Assembly (NCBI GenBank): GCA_035538735.1
Contig: DATLJU010000266.1
Location: 1-57,672 of the forward strand
DNA: 57,672 bases
Source: Anaeromyxobacteraceae bacterium
Lineage (GTDB): Bacteria > Myxococcota > Myxococcia > Myxococcales > Anaeromyxobacteraceae
Direction: 5' to 3'
Each line of letters starts with the position of its first letter. The stretch's first letter is position 1. Positions 9,281 to 21,887 of the stretch are shown here, piece by piece. Under the pieces are notes generated by a model. The model ran no database searches. It was not told the origin of the DNA and worked only from the letters and a program-made list of their open reading frames with translations. Made by a program: the position numbers and the translations under genes.

Positions 9281-9916
9281 TCAGTCCCCCATGGCAGGAG
9301 CAGGTTGGGAGTGAGGGAACGGAGAACAGGTCCCCATCTCGCAATGTCCGCCCCCGCATTCTGAATCGAAAGCGCAAGAAGTCGGGAGAGAGGAGCACGT
9401 TCCGAGGCGACAGCTCCCACTGGGGCAGTCGGTGTTCGAGGTGCAGTGCTGCTCGCCGGTCGAAAACGCCTCTTGTTGGAGCAGCGGCTGATGACCTCCC
9501 GACAACTCAAACGGGCGGTCCGGGTGGGCCGTATTCCAGCCGTTGATGACGTCCAGGAGATCACCGGACTTCGGAGAAATGATCATAGCCGCCAGCGCCC
9601 CGGCAGCAGTGATCCCTGCCCCGATGGCCGTCTGAGTTGGATCGCTTTCGCAGATGCGCATGGTCCCTGCGCCCGGGAATGGCGTTGAATCATGACAGCT
9701 CTGGTTCCCGACTCCCGTCAGCGCGACGACTAATCCGGTCGCGAAGAGAGCGCCGCCGACGCCGAGCGCTGCGGTGCGACGAGTCGCGAGCGCCTGGGCT
9801 CGAGCCTCGACTGCGGCATCTTCCTTCACCAGTTGCGCAAGATGATCAAGGTCCTTCACGTAAAGGCGGGGTCGTAGATCGGGAGGCGGGCTTCGGGGAG
9901 CGCCCATGACCGCCAC
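9281..9916 (-). CDS. Hypothetical membrane protein with Cys-rich C-terminal repeats
   Basis: Two hydrophobic Gly/Ala segments; tandem C-x5-C-x4-C-x4-C units (CTSNTDCPSGSCRLGTC, CAFDSECGGGHCEMGTC); start uncertain. Confidence 0.55.
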   Translation of the reverse strand: MAVMGAPRSPPPDLRPRLYVKDLDHLAQLVKEDAAVEARAQALATRRTAALGVGGALFATGLVVALTGVGNQSCHDSTPFPGAGTMRICESDPTQTAIGAGITAAGALAAMIISPKSGDLLDVINGWNTAHPDRPFELSGGHQPLLQQEAFSTGEQHCTSNTDCPSGSCRLGTCSSLPTSCAFDSECGGGHCEMGTCSPFPHSQPAPAMGD

Positions 9917-10000
9917 TCGGGCGAAGTGCTCCCATGACGGGAGGGTGTTCAGGTCGCGGGGATCGTCTTGGTTACCGGCGACGAGGGGTACACCACGACC

Positions 10001-11566
<1,566 letters not shown>

Positions 11567-11594
11567 GCCGCGGACTGTATTGCTGCGTGTACAC

Positions 11595-11646
11595 CGTAAA
11601 CAACCAAATACGCGGAGGCCTCCGGAACCGTAAAGAAATCGTGACG
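11595..11646. promoter_or_regulatory. Two TyrR/PhhR-box-like sites
   Basis: CGTAAA-CAACCA-AATACG (11595-11612) and CGTAAA-GAAATC-GTGACG (11629-11646); TyrR-box geometry TGTAAA-N6-TTTACA. Confidence 0.6.
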
Positions 11647-11686
11647 GTTGCGCCGTGGCGCTATGACATCACGCGAGTTTTTCTGA

Positions 11687-11702
11687 TGGCGCCATCGTTG
11701 CA
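11687..11702 (+). promoter_or_regulatory. Sigma54 -24/-12 promoter of ald
   Basis: TGGCGCCATCGTTGCA = GG-N10-GC. Confidence 0.8.
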
Positions 11703-11762
11703 ATCGGGTGCGGCAAGTTTTCGCCGTTCCCCTCGAACCCAGCCGTCCACGGAGGCCGCATC

Positions 11763-12881
11763 ATGATCATCGGAGTCCCGAAGGAGATCAAAGTCCGCGA
11801 GTACCGCGTCGGCCTCGTGCCGGCGAGCGTCCGCGAGCTCACCGAGCAGGGCCACGAGGTCTTCGTCGAGACGAACGCCGCCCAGGGCATCGGCGTCTCC
11901 GATACTGACTACGAGGCGGCTGGTGCCACCGTGGTGAAGACGGCCGCCGAGGTGTTCGAGAAGGCCGAGCTCATCGTCAAGGTGAAGGAGCCGCTGGCGG
12001 TCGAGCGGAAGCGCCTCCGCAAGGGCCAGGTGCTGTTCACGTACCTCCACCTCGCGCCCGACCGCGAGCAGGCGGCCGACCTCGTGGCCTCCGGCGCCAC
12101 GTGCATCGCCTACGAGACCGTCACGTCCCCGTCCGGCGGCCTGCCGCTCCTCGCCCCCATGTCCGAGGTGGCGGGCCGCATGTCCATCCAGGCCGGCGCC
12201 TACTTCCTCGAGAAGGCGCACGGCGGCCTCGGCATGCTGCTCGGCGGCGTCCCCGGCGTCGACCCGGCCAAGGTGGTCGTGCTCGGCGGCGGCGTGGTCG
12301 GCACGCACGCGGTGGCCATCGCGCTCGGCATGGGCGCCGAGGTGTGGGTCCTCGACCGCAACACGGACGCCCTGCGGAACCTCTGGAAGCAGTTCGGGCG
12401 CCCGCTCAACACCGTCTTCTCGACGCGCGACGCGGTGGAGAAGCACTGCATCTCCGCCGACCTCGTGGTGGGCGGCGTGCTCATCCCGGGCGCCGCGGCG
12501 CCCAAGCTCGTCACACGCGACATCGTGAAGCGGATGAAGCCGGGCTCGGTCATCGTGGACGTCGCGATCGACCAGGGCGGCTGCTGCGAGACGGCCCGCC
12601 CCACCACCCACGACGAGCCCACCTACGTCGTGGACGGCGTCATCCACTACTGCGTCGCCAACATGCCGGGCGGGGTGCCGCGCACCTCCACCTTCGCGCT
12701 CAACAACGCCACGCTCCCCTTCGTGCAGGCGCTCGCGAACAAGGGCTGGAAGAGGGCGCTCCAGGACGACCGCTACCTGCTGGACGGCCTCAACGTTCAC
12801 CAGGGCCTCGTCACGCACCGCGCGGTCGCGCAGGCGCTGGGCTACGACTTCGTCGAGCCGGCCGCGGCGATCACGCGATAG
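11763..12881 (+). CDS. ald: Alanine dehydrogenase
   Basis: [45 protein letters not shown]. Confidence 0.97.
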   Translation: MIIGVPKEIKVREYRVGLVPASVRELTEQGHEVFVETNAAQGIGVSDTDYEAAGATVVKTAAEVFEKAELIVKVKEPLAVERKRLRKGQVLFTYLHLAPDREQAADLVASGATCIAYETVTSPSGGLPLLAPMSEVAGRMSIQAGAYFLEKAHGGLGMLLGGVPGVDPAKVVVLGGGVVGTHAVAIALGMGAEVWVLDRNTDALRNLWKQFGRPLNTVFSTRDAVEKHCISADLVVGGVLIPGAAAPKLVTRDIVKRMKPGSVIVDVAIDQGGCCETARPTTHDEPTYVVDGVIHYCVANMPGGVPRTSTFALNNATLPFVQALANKGWKRALQDDRYLLDGLNVHQGLVTHRAVAQALGYDFVEPAAAITR

Positions 12882-12905
12882 CGCAAACGCGCTGAAGGTC
12901 CTCCG

Positions 12906-12938
12906 AGGGGGAGCCGCTCCACGGAGTGGCTCCCCCTC
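12906..12938. terminator. Stem-loop after ald (terminator or REP-like)
   Basis: GAGGGGGAGCCGCTC...GAGTGGCTCCCCCTC inverted repeat; weak U-tract. Confidence 0.4.
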
Positions 12939-13106
12939 TCTGCTTGAAGCTCTCGAGCGCACGGCGACGGGCCCGCTTGCTCGCTCCCGAGGTCACGGGG
13001 TGCGGTGGCGCTCGAGCTTGCCCACCCAGGTCTCGGCACCGCCGGCCACGCCCCGGTAGATCGGGCGCGTGGCGACGGCCTGGGTGAAGCGACGAGGAGG
13101 CAGACC

Positions 13107-14117
13107 ATGGCGAAGATGCGCGCGGTGCAGGTCTCGAAGGCGGGGGGCGCGCTCGAGCTCGTCGAGCGGGAGGTGCCCGCGCCGGGCGCGGGTCAGGTCC
13201 GCATCCGCGTCGAGGCGTGCGGCGTCTGCCACAGCGACGCGCTGGTGAAGTCGGGCGCCTTCCCCGGCCTCACCCTGCCGCGGGTCCCCGGCCACGAGAT
13301 CGCCGGGCGCATCGACGCGGTGGGCCCAACCGTGACGGTGTGGAAGCCCGGCGACCGCGTCGGCGTCGGCTGGCACGGCGGCCATTGCTTCGTGTGTACC
13401 CCCTGTCGAAAGGGTTTGTTCATCAACTGCGAGCGGGAGCAGATCACCGGGATCACCTTCGACGGCGGCTACGCGGAGTACACGGTCGTGCCGCAGGAGG
13501 CGGTGGCGCGGATGCCCGCCGAGCTCGGCGCCACCGAAGCGGCGCCGCTGCTGTGTGCTGGCATCACGACCTTCAACGCGCTCCGCAACAGCGGCGCGCG
13601 CCCGGGAGACACGGTCGCCGTCCAGGGCATCGGCGGCCTGGGCCACCTCGCGATCCAGTTCGCCGCGCGGATGGGGTTCCGGACGGTGGCGCTGTCGCAT
13701 GGCGCGGACAAGGAGGAGCTCGCCCGCGGGCTCGGCGCCCACGTCTACGTCGACTCCGGGCGCAGGGACGCGGCGGAGGCCCTCCGCGAGCTCGGCGGGG
13801 CCGACCTCGTGCTCGCCACCGCTCCCCACGCCGCCGCCATCGCGAGCACGGTCGGGGGACTCAAGCCGCGCGGCAAGCTGCTCGTCGTGGCCGCCCCCTC
13901 CGAGGCCATGGAGGTCTCGGTGTTCACGCTCCTCAGCGGCAAGGCCGTCGCGGGCTGGCCGAGCGGCAGCTCCATCGACTCCGAGGAGACGCTCGCGTTC
14001 AGCGCGCTCACGGGTGTGCGCCCGCGGGTGGAGCTGTTCCCGCTCGAGCAGGCGGAGCAGGCGTTCCAGAAGATGCTCCAGAACCGCGTGCGGTTCCGGG
14101 CCGTGCTCACGCTATGA
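13107..14117 (+). CDS. Zinc-dependent alcohol dehydrogenase
   Basis: CGVCHSD, GHEIAG, CxxCxxC..C structural Zn, GIGGLG; ATG 13107 after GAGGAGG. Confidence 0.93.
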   Translation: MAKMRAVQVSKAGGALELVEREVPAPGAGQVRIRVEACGVCHSDALVKSGAFPGLTLPRVPGHEIAGRIDAVGPTVTVWKPGDRVGVGWHGGHCFVCTPCRKGLFINCEREQITGITFDGGYAEYTVVPQEAVARMPAELGATEAAPLLCAGITTFNALRNSGARPGDTVAVQGIGGLGHLAIQFAARMGFRTVALSHGADKEELARGLGAHVYVDSGRRDAAEALRELGGADLVLATAPHAAAIASTVGGLKPRGKLLVVAAPSEAMEVSVFTLLSGKAVAGWPSGSSIDSEETLAFSALTGVRPRVELFPLEQAEQAFQKMLQNRVRFRAVLTL

Positions 14118-14144
14118 CCCGGAGGCGCCCGAGGGTGGGCGGTC

Positions 14145-14927
14145 CTACTGAGCGGTCCACCCTCCGTCGACCGGGATGCTCGCGCCGGTGATCTGAGCCG
14201 CCGCGTCCGAGCACAGGAAGGTCACCAGCGCGCCCAGCTGGTCGACCGTCACGAACTGCTTCGACGGCTGCTTCTCGGAGAGGAGGTCGCGCGCTCCCTC
14301 CTCGATGGCGACGCCCAGCGCCTTCGCGCGCGCCGCGATCTGCGGCTCGACCAGCTCCGTCCGCGTCCAGCCCGGGCAGACGGCATTGCAGGTGATGCCG
14401 GAGCCAGCGGTCTCGAGGGCGACCACCCTGGTGAGCCCGACGAGGCCGTGCTTTGCCGCCACGTAGGCGGCCTTGTGGACGGAGGCGACGAGGCCGTGCA
14501 CCGAGGCGGTGTTGACGATACGGCCGAAGCCGCGACGCCTCATCTCGGGCAGCGCGTGCCGGATGGCGTGGAAGGCGGCCGAGAGGTTCGTCGCGACGAT
14601 GGCGTCCCACCGGTCGGGTGGGAACGCCTCGACCGGCGCGGTGTGCTGGATCCCCGCGTTGTTGACGAGGATGTCGAGGCCGCCGAGCTGGGCCACCGTC
14701 GCGCCGACGAGGTCTGCGATCTCCGACGGACGGGTGAGGTCGGCGCCGTGGTAGCGCACCTTCACCTCCGCCTCTCGTTCCAGCGCCCACCGCGTGTGCT
14801 CGATGGCGGCCGGGTCGCCGAAGCCGTTCAGCATGACGTAGCAGCCCTGCGCCGCCAGCGCGCGGGCGATGCCGAGCCCGATGCCGCTCGTCGAGCCGGT
14901 GACGAGGGCGCTCTTTCCCTTCAACAT
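14145..14927 (-). CDS. bdhA: 3-hydroxybutyrate dehydrogenase (SDR)
   Basis: TGSTSGIG, NNAGIQH, SVHGL, YVAAKHG, LSEKQPSKQF. Confidence 0.9.
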   Translation of the reverse strand: MLKGKSALVTGSTSGIGLGIARALAAQGCYVMLNGFGDPAAIEHTRWALEREAEVKVRYHGADLTRPSEIADLVGATVAQLGGLDILVNNAGIQHTAPVEAFPPDRWDAIVATNLSAAFHAIRHALPEMRRRGFGRIVNTASVHGLVASVHKAAYVAAKHGLVGLTRVVALETAGSGITCNAVCPGWTRTELVEPQIAARAKALGVAIEEGARDLLSEKQPSKQFVTVDQLGALVTFLCSDAAAQITGASIPVDGGWTAQ

Positions 14928-14937
14928 GGGTTCTCCC

Positions 14938-16257
14938 TCACTCGTCGATGGTGGACTGGTGCGTCTCGGTGGCCACCGAGACCGACACGACCGTGATGAG
15001 GACGAGCCCGATCATGTAGAGCGCGATGGGCCACGGCTTGCCGCCCGACCACGCGAGCAGGCCCGTGGCGATGAGCGGCGAGAGACCGCCCGCGAACACC
15101 GAGGCGAGCTGGTACCCCAGGGAGGCGCCGCTGTAGCGGAGCCGGGCCGAGAACAGCTCGGAGAAGAAGCTCGCCTGCGGGCCGTACATGGCCGCGTGTC
15201 CGAGGCAGATCGGCAGCACCAGGGCGAGCCAGATGATGGCGGGCTGCTTCGTGGCGAGCATCGCGAAGAAGGGGAAGGCGAGCAGGCCGCACGCCACGGC
15301 GCCCCAGATGTACACCGGACGGCGGCCGATCCGGTCCGAGAGCGCGCCCCACGCCGGGGCGAGGAAGACGCCGAGGAAGGAGGCGATGAGGAGGCCGTTG
15401 AGGGCGATGATGCGGTCCACCTTGAGCTGCGTCGCGACGTAGGTGAGCGTGAAGGTGGTGAAAACGTAGAAGAGGCCGTTCTCGGCGAACCGCGCGCCCG
15501 CCGCGACCAGCATGTTCTTCGGGTGCTTCTTCAGCACCTCGACGATCGGCATCTTCGCCTCGTGCTTCTGCTGCTTCACCTTCTCGAAGACCGGGGACTC
15601 GGCCACCTTCATCCGGATCCAGAGGCCCACCAGGACGAGGAGGAAGCTGAGCAGGAAGGGCACCCGCCACGCCCAGGCCATGAAGTCGGCCTCGGGCATC
15701 TTCGAGACGTAGCGAAAGACGAGCGTCGAGAGCAGGAGCCCGATGTAGGCGCCCACCTGCGGCCACGAGCCGTAGAAGCCGCGGCGGTTCGGCGGCGCGT
15801 GCTCGACGGCCATGAGGACCGCGCCGCCCCACTCGCCGCCGAGGCCGAAGCCCTGCGCGAGCCGGCAGGCGACGAGGAGGACGGGCGACCACACGCCCAG
15901 GGTGGCGTAGGTCGGCAGGAGGCCGATGATCGCCGTCGCGATGCCCATGATGAGCAGCGTCAGGTACAGCATGTTCTTGCGGCCGATCCGGTCGCCGTAG
16001 TGGCCGAAGACGATGCCGCCGATGGGCCGCGCGATGAAACCGACCGCGAAGGTGGCGAACGCCGCGATGGTCCCCACCATCGGATCGAAGGTGGGGAAGA
16101 ACAGCTTGTTGAAGACGAGCGCGGCGGCGGTGCCGTACAGGAAGAAGTCGTACCACTCGATCGACGTGCCGATGAGGCTCGCCAGCGCCACCTTCACGCT
16201 TTCCCGGTAGCTCGACTGCGCGGGCTGGGGTGCAGCTTGGATCGCAGGGACGGCCAT
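14938..16257 (-). CDS. MFS metabolite:H+ symporter (MHS/ShiA-like)
   Basis: IEWYDFFLYG, GDRIGRK, GLGGEWGGA; ATG 16257 after GGAGG. Confidence 0.92.
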   Translation of the reverse strand: MAVPAIQAAPQPAQSSYRESVKVALASLIGTSIEWYDFFLYGTAAALVFNKLFFPTFDPMVGTIAAFATFAVGFIARPIGGIVFGHYGDRIGRKNMLYLTLLIMGIATAIIGLLPTYATLGVWSPVLLVACRLAQGFGLGGEWGGAVLMAVEHAPPNRRGFYGSWPQVGAYIGLLLSTLVFRYVSKMPEADFMAWAWRVPFLLSFLLVLVGLWIRMKVAESPVFEKVKQQKHEAKMPIVEVLKKHPKNMLVAAGARFAENGLFYVFTTFTLTYVATQLKVDRIIALNGLLIASFLGVFLAPAWGALSDRIGRRPVYIWGAVACGLLAFPFFAMLATKQPAIIWLALVLPICLGHAAMYGPQASFFSELFSARLRYSGASLGYQLASVFAGGLSPLIATGLLAWSGGKPWPIALYMIGLVLITVVSVSVATETHQSTIDE

Positions 16258-16313
16258 GATCTGCCTCCGGTTTGGATGCGAGGTGCTGCGCTCGAGGGGG
16301 GGACGAGACGGCT

Positions 16314-16961
<648 letters not shown>

Positions 16962-16970
16962 GGAGATCTC

Positions 16971-17660
16971 CTAGACCCGCACCGTGCGACGCTCGATCCG
17001 CTTCTCGACGCTGGGACACGCGATGACGCGCTGCACGTACACGCTCGCCGTGTGAACCTGATCCGGATCGATGGCGCCCGCCTCGAAGAGCTCCTCCACC
17101 TCGGCGATGGTGACTCGCCCCGCGGTCGCCATCATCGGGTTGAAGTTCCGCGCCGTGCGCCGGTACACCAGGTTGCCGAGCCGGTCGGCCCGCCACGCCT
17201 TCACGAGCGCGAAGTCGGCCGTCAGGCCGCGCTCGAGCAGGTAGGGCTTGCCGTCGAAGACGCGCACCTCGCGGCCCTCGGCGAGGGGCGTGCCGACTCC
17301 CGCGGGCGTGTAGAAGGCGGGGATGCCGGCGCCGCCGGCGCGGATGCGCTCGGCGAGCGTGCCCTGCGGCACGAGCTCGACCTCGATCTCGCGCGCGAGC
17401 AGCTGCCGCTCGAACTCCTTGTTCTCGCCGACGTACGACGCGATCATCTTCCGGATCTGCCGGCTGCGCAGGAGCAGCCCGAGCCCCCAGTCGTCGACGC
17501 CGCAGTTGTTCGAGATGACGGTGAGGTTCCGGACTCCCTTGTCGCGCAGCCCCTCGATGAGTCGCTGTGGGATCCCGACCAGCCCGAACCCGCCGGCCAG
17601 GATGGTCGCCCCGTCCTCGATGCCGGACAGTGCCTTTTCGATGGAGTCGCAGACGGTCAT
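16971..17660 (-). CDS. scoA: 3-oxoacid CoA-transferase subunit A
   Basis: GGFGLVGIP, PQGTLAERIRAGGAGIPAFYT, RNFNPMMA; ATG 17660. Confidence 0.92.
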   Translation of the reverse strand: MTVCDSIEKALSGIEDGATILAGGFGLVGIPQRLIEGLRDKGVRNLTVISNNCGVDDWGLGLLLRSRQIRKMIASYVGENKEFERQLLAREIEVELVPQGTLAERIRAGGAGIPAFYTPAGVGTPLAEGREVRVFDGKPYLLERGLTADFALVKAWRADRLGNLVYRRTARNFNPMMATAGRVTIAEVEELFEAGAIDPDQVHTASVYVQRVIACPSVEKRIERRTVRV

Positions 17661-17753
17661 CTCGTGCTCCCGCGCTGTCGGGCGACCCCGCCGGGCAGGC
17701 GCGGGTCGTGGCGGGCCCTCCGGCCCGCGTGCTCGACGTGTCCGAGGGCGGAG

Positions 17754-17769
17754 AGCAACGGGCGGGCCA
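17754..17769 (-). promoter_or_regulatory. Sigma54 promoter of scoAB-MFS-bdhA
   Basis: Minus strand TGGCCCGCCCGTTGCT (GG-N10-GC). Confidence 0.75.
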
Positions 17770-17855
17770 GCGCGACGCGCCCGTGCCTGCGGCGTCAATA
17801 TGGCGCTGGACCGGGAGTGAGGTCGCCGCTGCCGCGCCAGGAGAGCGGGGTGTCG

Positions 17856-18007
17856 TTCCAGGTTTCTGGAAGGAGGCGGCCGGCGATGGCCCGGTTTGGC
17901 GCGGCGCGTCGGCGAATCTTTCGCGCCCCGCCGCGAGTCGATCCCGCCTGGGCGTCAGCGCTCGCGGCGCGTTCCAGCATCCTGGACGTCTTTCCAGGAA
18001 TCCGGAA
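17856..18007. promoter_or_regulatory. Three TTCCAG-N4-CTGGAA-like palindromes (candidate enhancer sites)
   Basis: TTCCAGGTTTCTGGAA 17856, TTCCAGCATCCTGGAC 17972, TTCCAGGAATCCGGAA 17992. Confidence 0.6.
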
Positions 18008-19460
18008 CGGACGCGCTGCCCGGTCGCTGCGCTGCCTCAGCGATGCCGTACTGCTCGATCTTGGCGTAGAGCGAGGACTTGCTGATGCCGAGCCGGGCGG
18101 CGGCGGCGAGCTTGTCGCCCTTCGCCTCGCGGAGCGCGCGCCGGATGGCCTCCTGCTCGATGCGGCGCAGGAGGACCTTGAGCGAAGGGGGCTCCTCGGC
18201 CGCGTCGCCCGCCGGCGCGCCCGACACCGCGCGCGGCAGATCCGCCCGTCGGATGGCGCGGTCGGTCTTCACGTAGAGCGCCTGCTCGAGCACGTTGCGC
18301 AGCTCCCGGACGTTGCCCGGCCACGCGTACGCCCGGAGCAGGCTCTCCGCCTCGGCGTCGACGCCGTCGACCGGGATGCCGGTCTCCTTCTCCAGGCTGC
18401 GGAGCAGCGTCTCGACGAGGAGCGTGATGTCCTCCGGGCGGTCGCGCAGCGCCGGGATCTCGAGCTTGAGGACGTTGAGCCGGTAGAAGAGGTCGTGCCG
18501 GAACGCGCCGGCCGAGATGAGCGCCTCGAGATCCTTGTTGGTGGCGGCGACGATCCGCACGTCGATCGGCTCCGGCTCGACCGCGCCGACGGGCTCGACC
18601 TCGCGCTCCTGCAGCACCCGCAGCAGCTTCACCTGCATGGCGAGCGGGAGCTCGCTCACCTCGTCGAGGAAGAGGGTGCCCTTCTCCGCCAGGGCGAACT
18701 TGCCCTTCTTCCCGCCCCGCTGCGCGCCCGTGAAGGCGCCCGCCTTGTAGCCGAACAGCTCGGACTCGAAGAGGGTCTCGGGAACGGCGGCGCAGTTCAC
18801 CTTCACGAACGGCCCGAGCGCGCGGGCGCTCTCGAGGTGGATGGCGTGCGCGAAGAGCTCCTTGCCGGTGCCGCTCTCGCCCTTGAGCAGCACGGTGGTG
18901 TCGCTGCGCGCCACCTTGCGCGCGAGCGCCTTGGCGCGCTCGAGCGCCGCGCTCGTCCCCACGATCTGGGCGAAGGAGTGCTTGGCGCCTCCGCGCCGGT
19001 GCAGCTCGTCCTTGTAGAACTCGAGCTCCTTCTTCAGCGCCGCGAAGCGGCCCGTCATGGTGAAGAGGTCGTCGACGTCGCGGAACATCACCTTCCCGAC
19101 CACCGCCACCACCTTCCCGCGCTCGAAGATGGGGATGCGGTGGCAGATCATCTCGTGGCCGCGGATCTTCTGGAGCTGGGCGATCTCGGGCACCCCGGTC
19201 TTCGCCACGATGTGCATCCGGGTGTTCTCGACCACCTCGGCCACGTGCCGCCCGATGAGGTCGGCCTGGCGCATGCCGAGGAACCTGGCGTACGCCTCGT
19301 TGGTCTTGAGGATGTACCCGTCGGCGTCGGAGATGATGATGCCCTCGTACGCGTGACCGAGCGCCTCCTCGAGCATGGCGTGGTCCCGCTCCGAGGCGCG
19401 GACGCGCGCCGCGAGCCGCCGCAGCAGCCGGTGCGCAAGTCCTCCGCGACGCATCCTCAC
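17955..19460 (-). CDS. PAS-domain sigma54-dependent activator (start uncertain)
   Basis: [17 protein letters not shown], Fis-type [19 protein letters not shown]. Confidence 0.92.
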   Translation of the reverse strand: MRMRRGGLAHRLLRRLAARVRASERDHAMLEEALGHAYEGIIISDADGYILKTNEAYARFLGMRQADLIGRHVAEVVENTRMHIVAKTGVPEIAQLQKIRGHEMICHRIPIFERGKVVAVVGKVMFRDVDDLFTMTGRFAALKKELEFYKDELHRRGGAKHSFAQIVGTSAALERAKALARKVARSDTTVLLKGESGTGKELFAHAIHLESARALGPFVKVNCAAVPETLFESELFGYKAGAFTGAQRGGKKGKFALAEKGTLFLDEVSELPLAMQVKLLRVLQEREVEPVGAVEPEPIDVRIVAATNKDLEALISAGAFRHDLFYRLNVLKLEIPALRDRPEDITLLVETLLRSLEKETGIPVDGVDAEAESLLRAYAWPGNVRELRNVLEQALYVKTDRAIRRADLPRAVSGAPAGDAAEEPPSLKVLLRRIEQEAIRRALREAKGDKLAAAARLGISKSSLYAKIEQYGIAEAAQRPGSASVPDSWKDVQDAGTRRER

Positions 19461-19524
19461 GGCGGCATTCTACGGGATCTGGGAGGGGGCCGGCCCACCG
19501 ATCCAGCGTCCGCCCGGCAGCCGC

Positions 19525-19540
19525 TGGCCCGCGCGTTGCT
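19525..19540 (+). promoter_or_regulatory. Sigma54 promoter of thiolase
   Basis: TGGCCCGCGCGTTGCT, 15/16 identical to the scoA promoter. Confidence 0.75.
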
Positions 19541-19576
19541 AGGAGTGGTCGTCTCCCCCTTTCCCCGGAGGCGAAC

Positions 19577-20764
19577 ATGACGGCTCTTCGCGAGGTGGTC
19601 ATCGTCGGCGCGGCCCGGACTCCCATCGGCTCGTTCCTGGGCTCCCTCTCCAGCGTGCCCGCCGCCAGGCTGGGCGCGGTCGCCATCCGTGAGGCGGTGG
19701 CGCGCGCCGGGTTGGAGCCCGCGGCCGTTGACGAGGTGATCATGGGCAACGTGCTCCAGGCCGGGCAGGGCCAAGCGCCCGCGCGCCAGGCAGCCCTCTA
19801 CGCCGGGTTGCCCGAGGCGACGCCCTGCTGGACCCTGAACAAGATGTGCGGATCGGGCCTCCAGGCCGTCATGTGCGGGGCCCAGGCGATCGCAGCCGGA
19901 GCCGCGGAGGTAGTGGTGGCCGGCGGCATGGAGTCGATGTCGAATGCTCCGTACTACGCGCCGAAGGTCCGGACCGGCGCGCGGATGGGGAACGTCGAGC
20001 TCGTCGACGGCATGCTGCGCGACGGCCTCCTCGACGCGTATGACGGGCAGCACATGGGGATCGCTGCCGAGTTGCTGGCGGAGCGGTTCGAGCTCGGGCG
20101 GGCCGCCCAGGACGCGTACGCTGCCGAGTCGACCCGCCGCGCCATCGAGGCTCAGAAGGCGGGGCTCTTCAAAGCCGAGATCGTCGAGGTGCCGGTGGAG
20201 GGCAAGAAGGGCGAGAAGGTGGCGGTCTGCGAGGACGAGGGACCGCAGCAGGCGCGGCCCGAGAAGATCCCGGCGCTGCGGCCGGTCTTCAAGAAGGACG
20301 GGACCGTCACCGCCGCCAACGCCTCGTCCATCAACGACGGCGCCGCCGCGGTGGTGCTGATGAGTGCCGAGCGGGCGCGCCGCGAGCGCCGGGCTGTCCT
20401 GGGGCGGCTCTCGGCGTGGGGCGGAGCGGCGCGGAAACCGGTCGAGTTCACCATCGCGCCCCATGACGCGGTGAGGCGCGTGCTTGGGAAGGCCGGGCTC
20501 TCGGTCGCCGACGTCGACCTGTGGGAGATCAACGAGGCCTTCGCGGTGGTGGCGCTGGCGAACAACCGCCTCCTCGGGCTCGACGGGTCGAACGTGAACG
20601 TGCGCGGCGGCGCGGTCGCGCTCGGGCACCCCATCGGTGCGAGCGGCGCGCGCATCCTCGTCACGCTGCTGCAGGTCATGAAGGACCTCGACAAGCGCCG
20701 CGGCGTGGCGAGCCTCTGCATTGGAGGCGGGGAGGCGGTCGCGGCCATCGTCGAGCGGGAGTGA
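19577..20764 (+). CDS. Acetyl-CoA C-acetyltransferase (thiolase)
   Basis: NKMCGSG, NEAFA, GHPIGASG, CIGGG. Confidence 0.95.
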   Translation: MTALREVVIVGAARTPIGSFLGSLSSVPAARLGAVAIREAVARAGLEPAAVDEVIMGNVLQAGQGQAPARQAALYAGLPEATPCWTLNKMCGSGLQAVMCGAQAIAAGAAEVVVAGGMESMSNAPYYAPKVRTGARMGNVELVDGMLRDGLLDAYDGQHMGIAAELLAERFELGRAAQDAYAAESTRRAIEAQKAGLFKAEIVEVPVEGKKGEKVAVCEDEGPQQARPEKIPALRPVFKKDGTVTAANASSINDGAAAVVLMSAERARRERRAVLGRLSAWGGAARKPVEFTIAPHDAVRRVLGKAGLSVADVDLWEINEAFAVVALANNRLLGLDGSNVNVRGGAVALGHPIGASGARILVTLLQVMKDLDKRRGVASLCIGGGEAVAAIVERE

Positions 20765-21086
20765 CGGCGGCGATCGCGAGCATCCGCCCAGCGGCTCGCG
20801 GATGACGACGATCTCCAGCAGCTCGTGACGAGCTCCCCCGCCACGCGCCCCCTGAGGGCGGGGTGGCTCGTATGCCCGTCGGTCAAACCGTTCCCCGGTC
20901 GACCAGGACTGTCGCGCCAGCGGCAACGGGGTCCTTGTGGGTGCCACCCCTCGAGGTACACCAAGAGTCATTACCCGGCACGCGGGCAAGCGGTTAGCTT
21001 CTGGGTGCTTCCGGGGACGCGGCGAACGTCGCGGTGTCCTCCGAAACGGATCGAGCAGCGCAGTCTTTGACGAAGGGGGGATCGTC

Positions 21087-21887
21087 GTGAAGAGAGCGTT
21101 CGCGCTGGCCGCAATCACCGTCCTGACCGCGTGCGCCGGCACCGAGGCCAACAGCCGGTCCATCGCGAAGAACTCGTGGTGCAACCCGTGCCAGATGCCG
21201 TGCCAGGTCGGCTGCGTGGAGATCGTCAAAGCGAAGCTGATCGAGCCCGCCGCCGCCGTGATGTTCGATCCACCTGGCGGCGAGTACACCAGCACGCAGC
21301 TGGTGGCGCTCTCGAGCGCGACGCCCGGGGCGGTGATCCACTACACCACCGACGGCAGCACGCCCACCGCCGATTCGCCCATCTACACCGGGCCCATCGC
21401 CATCGACGGGAACACCACCCTCCAGGCCGTCGCGATCGCTCCGGGCGCGCCGGCCAGCGTCGTCTCGGCCAGCGCCTACGCGGTCACCCTGCCGCCGCCG
21501 CCGCCGCCCGTGGTCAAGAAGCTCGAGCTGAAGGAGTCCCTGCGCTTCGCCACCGGGACGGCCATCATCGCCAAGACCTCCTATCATTTGCTCGACGAGG
21601 TCGCCGCGGCGCTGAAGGCCCACCCCGACGTGAAGAGCGTCGAGATTCAGGGGCACACCGACGACCGGGGCGGCGCGAAGATGAACCAGAAGCTCTCGCA
21701 GAGGCGGGCCGAAGCGGTCCGCAAGTACCTCGTCTCCCGCGGCATCGCACCCGACCGGCTGACCGCGAAGGGCTACGGAGAGACGCAGCCGATCGCGACC
21801 AACGCGACGGCCGAAGGGCGCAAGGCCAACCGGCGCGTCGACTTCGTCGTCACGCAGCAGGGTTCCGCGGGCGAGAACCGCTCGTGA
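21087..21887 (+). CDS. OmpA-family lipoprotein with Fn3-associated (chitobiase C-terminal-like) domain
   Basis: GTG start, VLTAC lipobox, IHYTTDGSTPT..S..YTGPI, GHTD...NQKLSQRRA...NRRVDF. Confidence 0.85.
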   Translation: MKRAFALAAITVLTACAGTEANSRSIAKNSWCNPCQMPCQVGCVEIVKAKLIEPAAAVMFDPPGGEYTSTQLVALSSATPGAVIHYTTDGSTPTADSPIYTGPIAIDGNTTLQAVAIAPGAPASVVSASAYAVTLPPPPPPVVKKLELKESLRFATGTAIIAKTSYHLLDEVAAALKAHPDVKSVEIQGHTDDRGGAKMNQKLSQRRAEAVRKYLVSRGIAPDRLTAKGYGETQPIATNATAEGRKANRRVDFVVTQQGSAGENRS

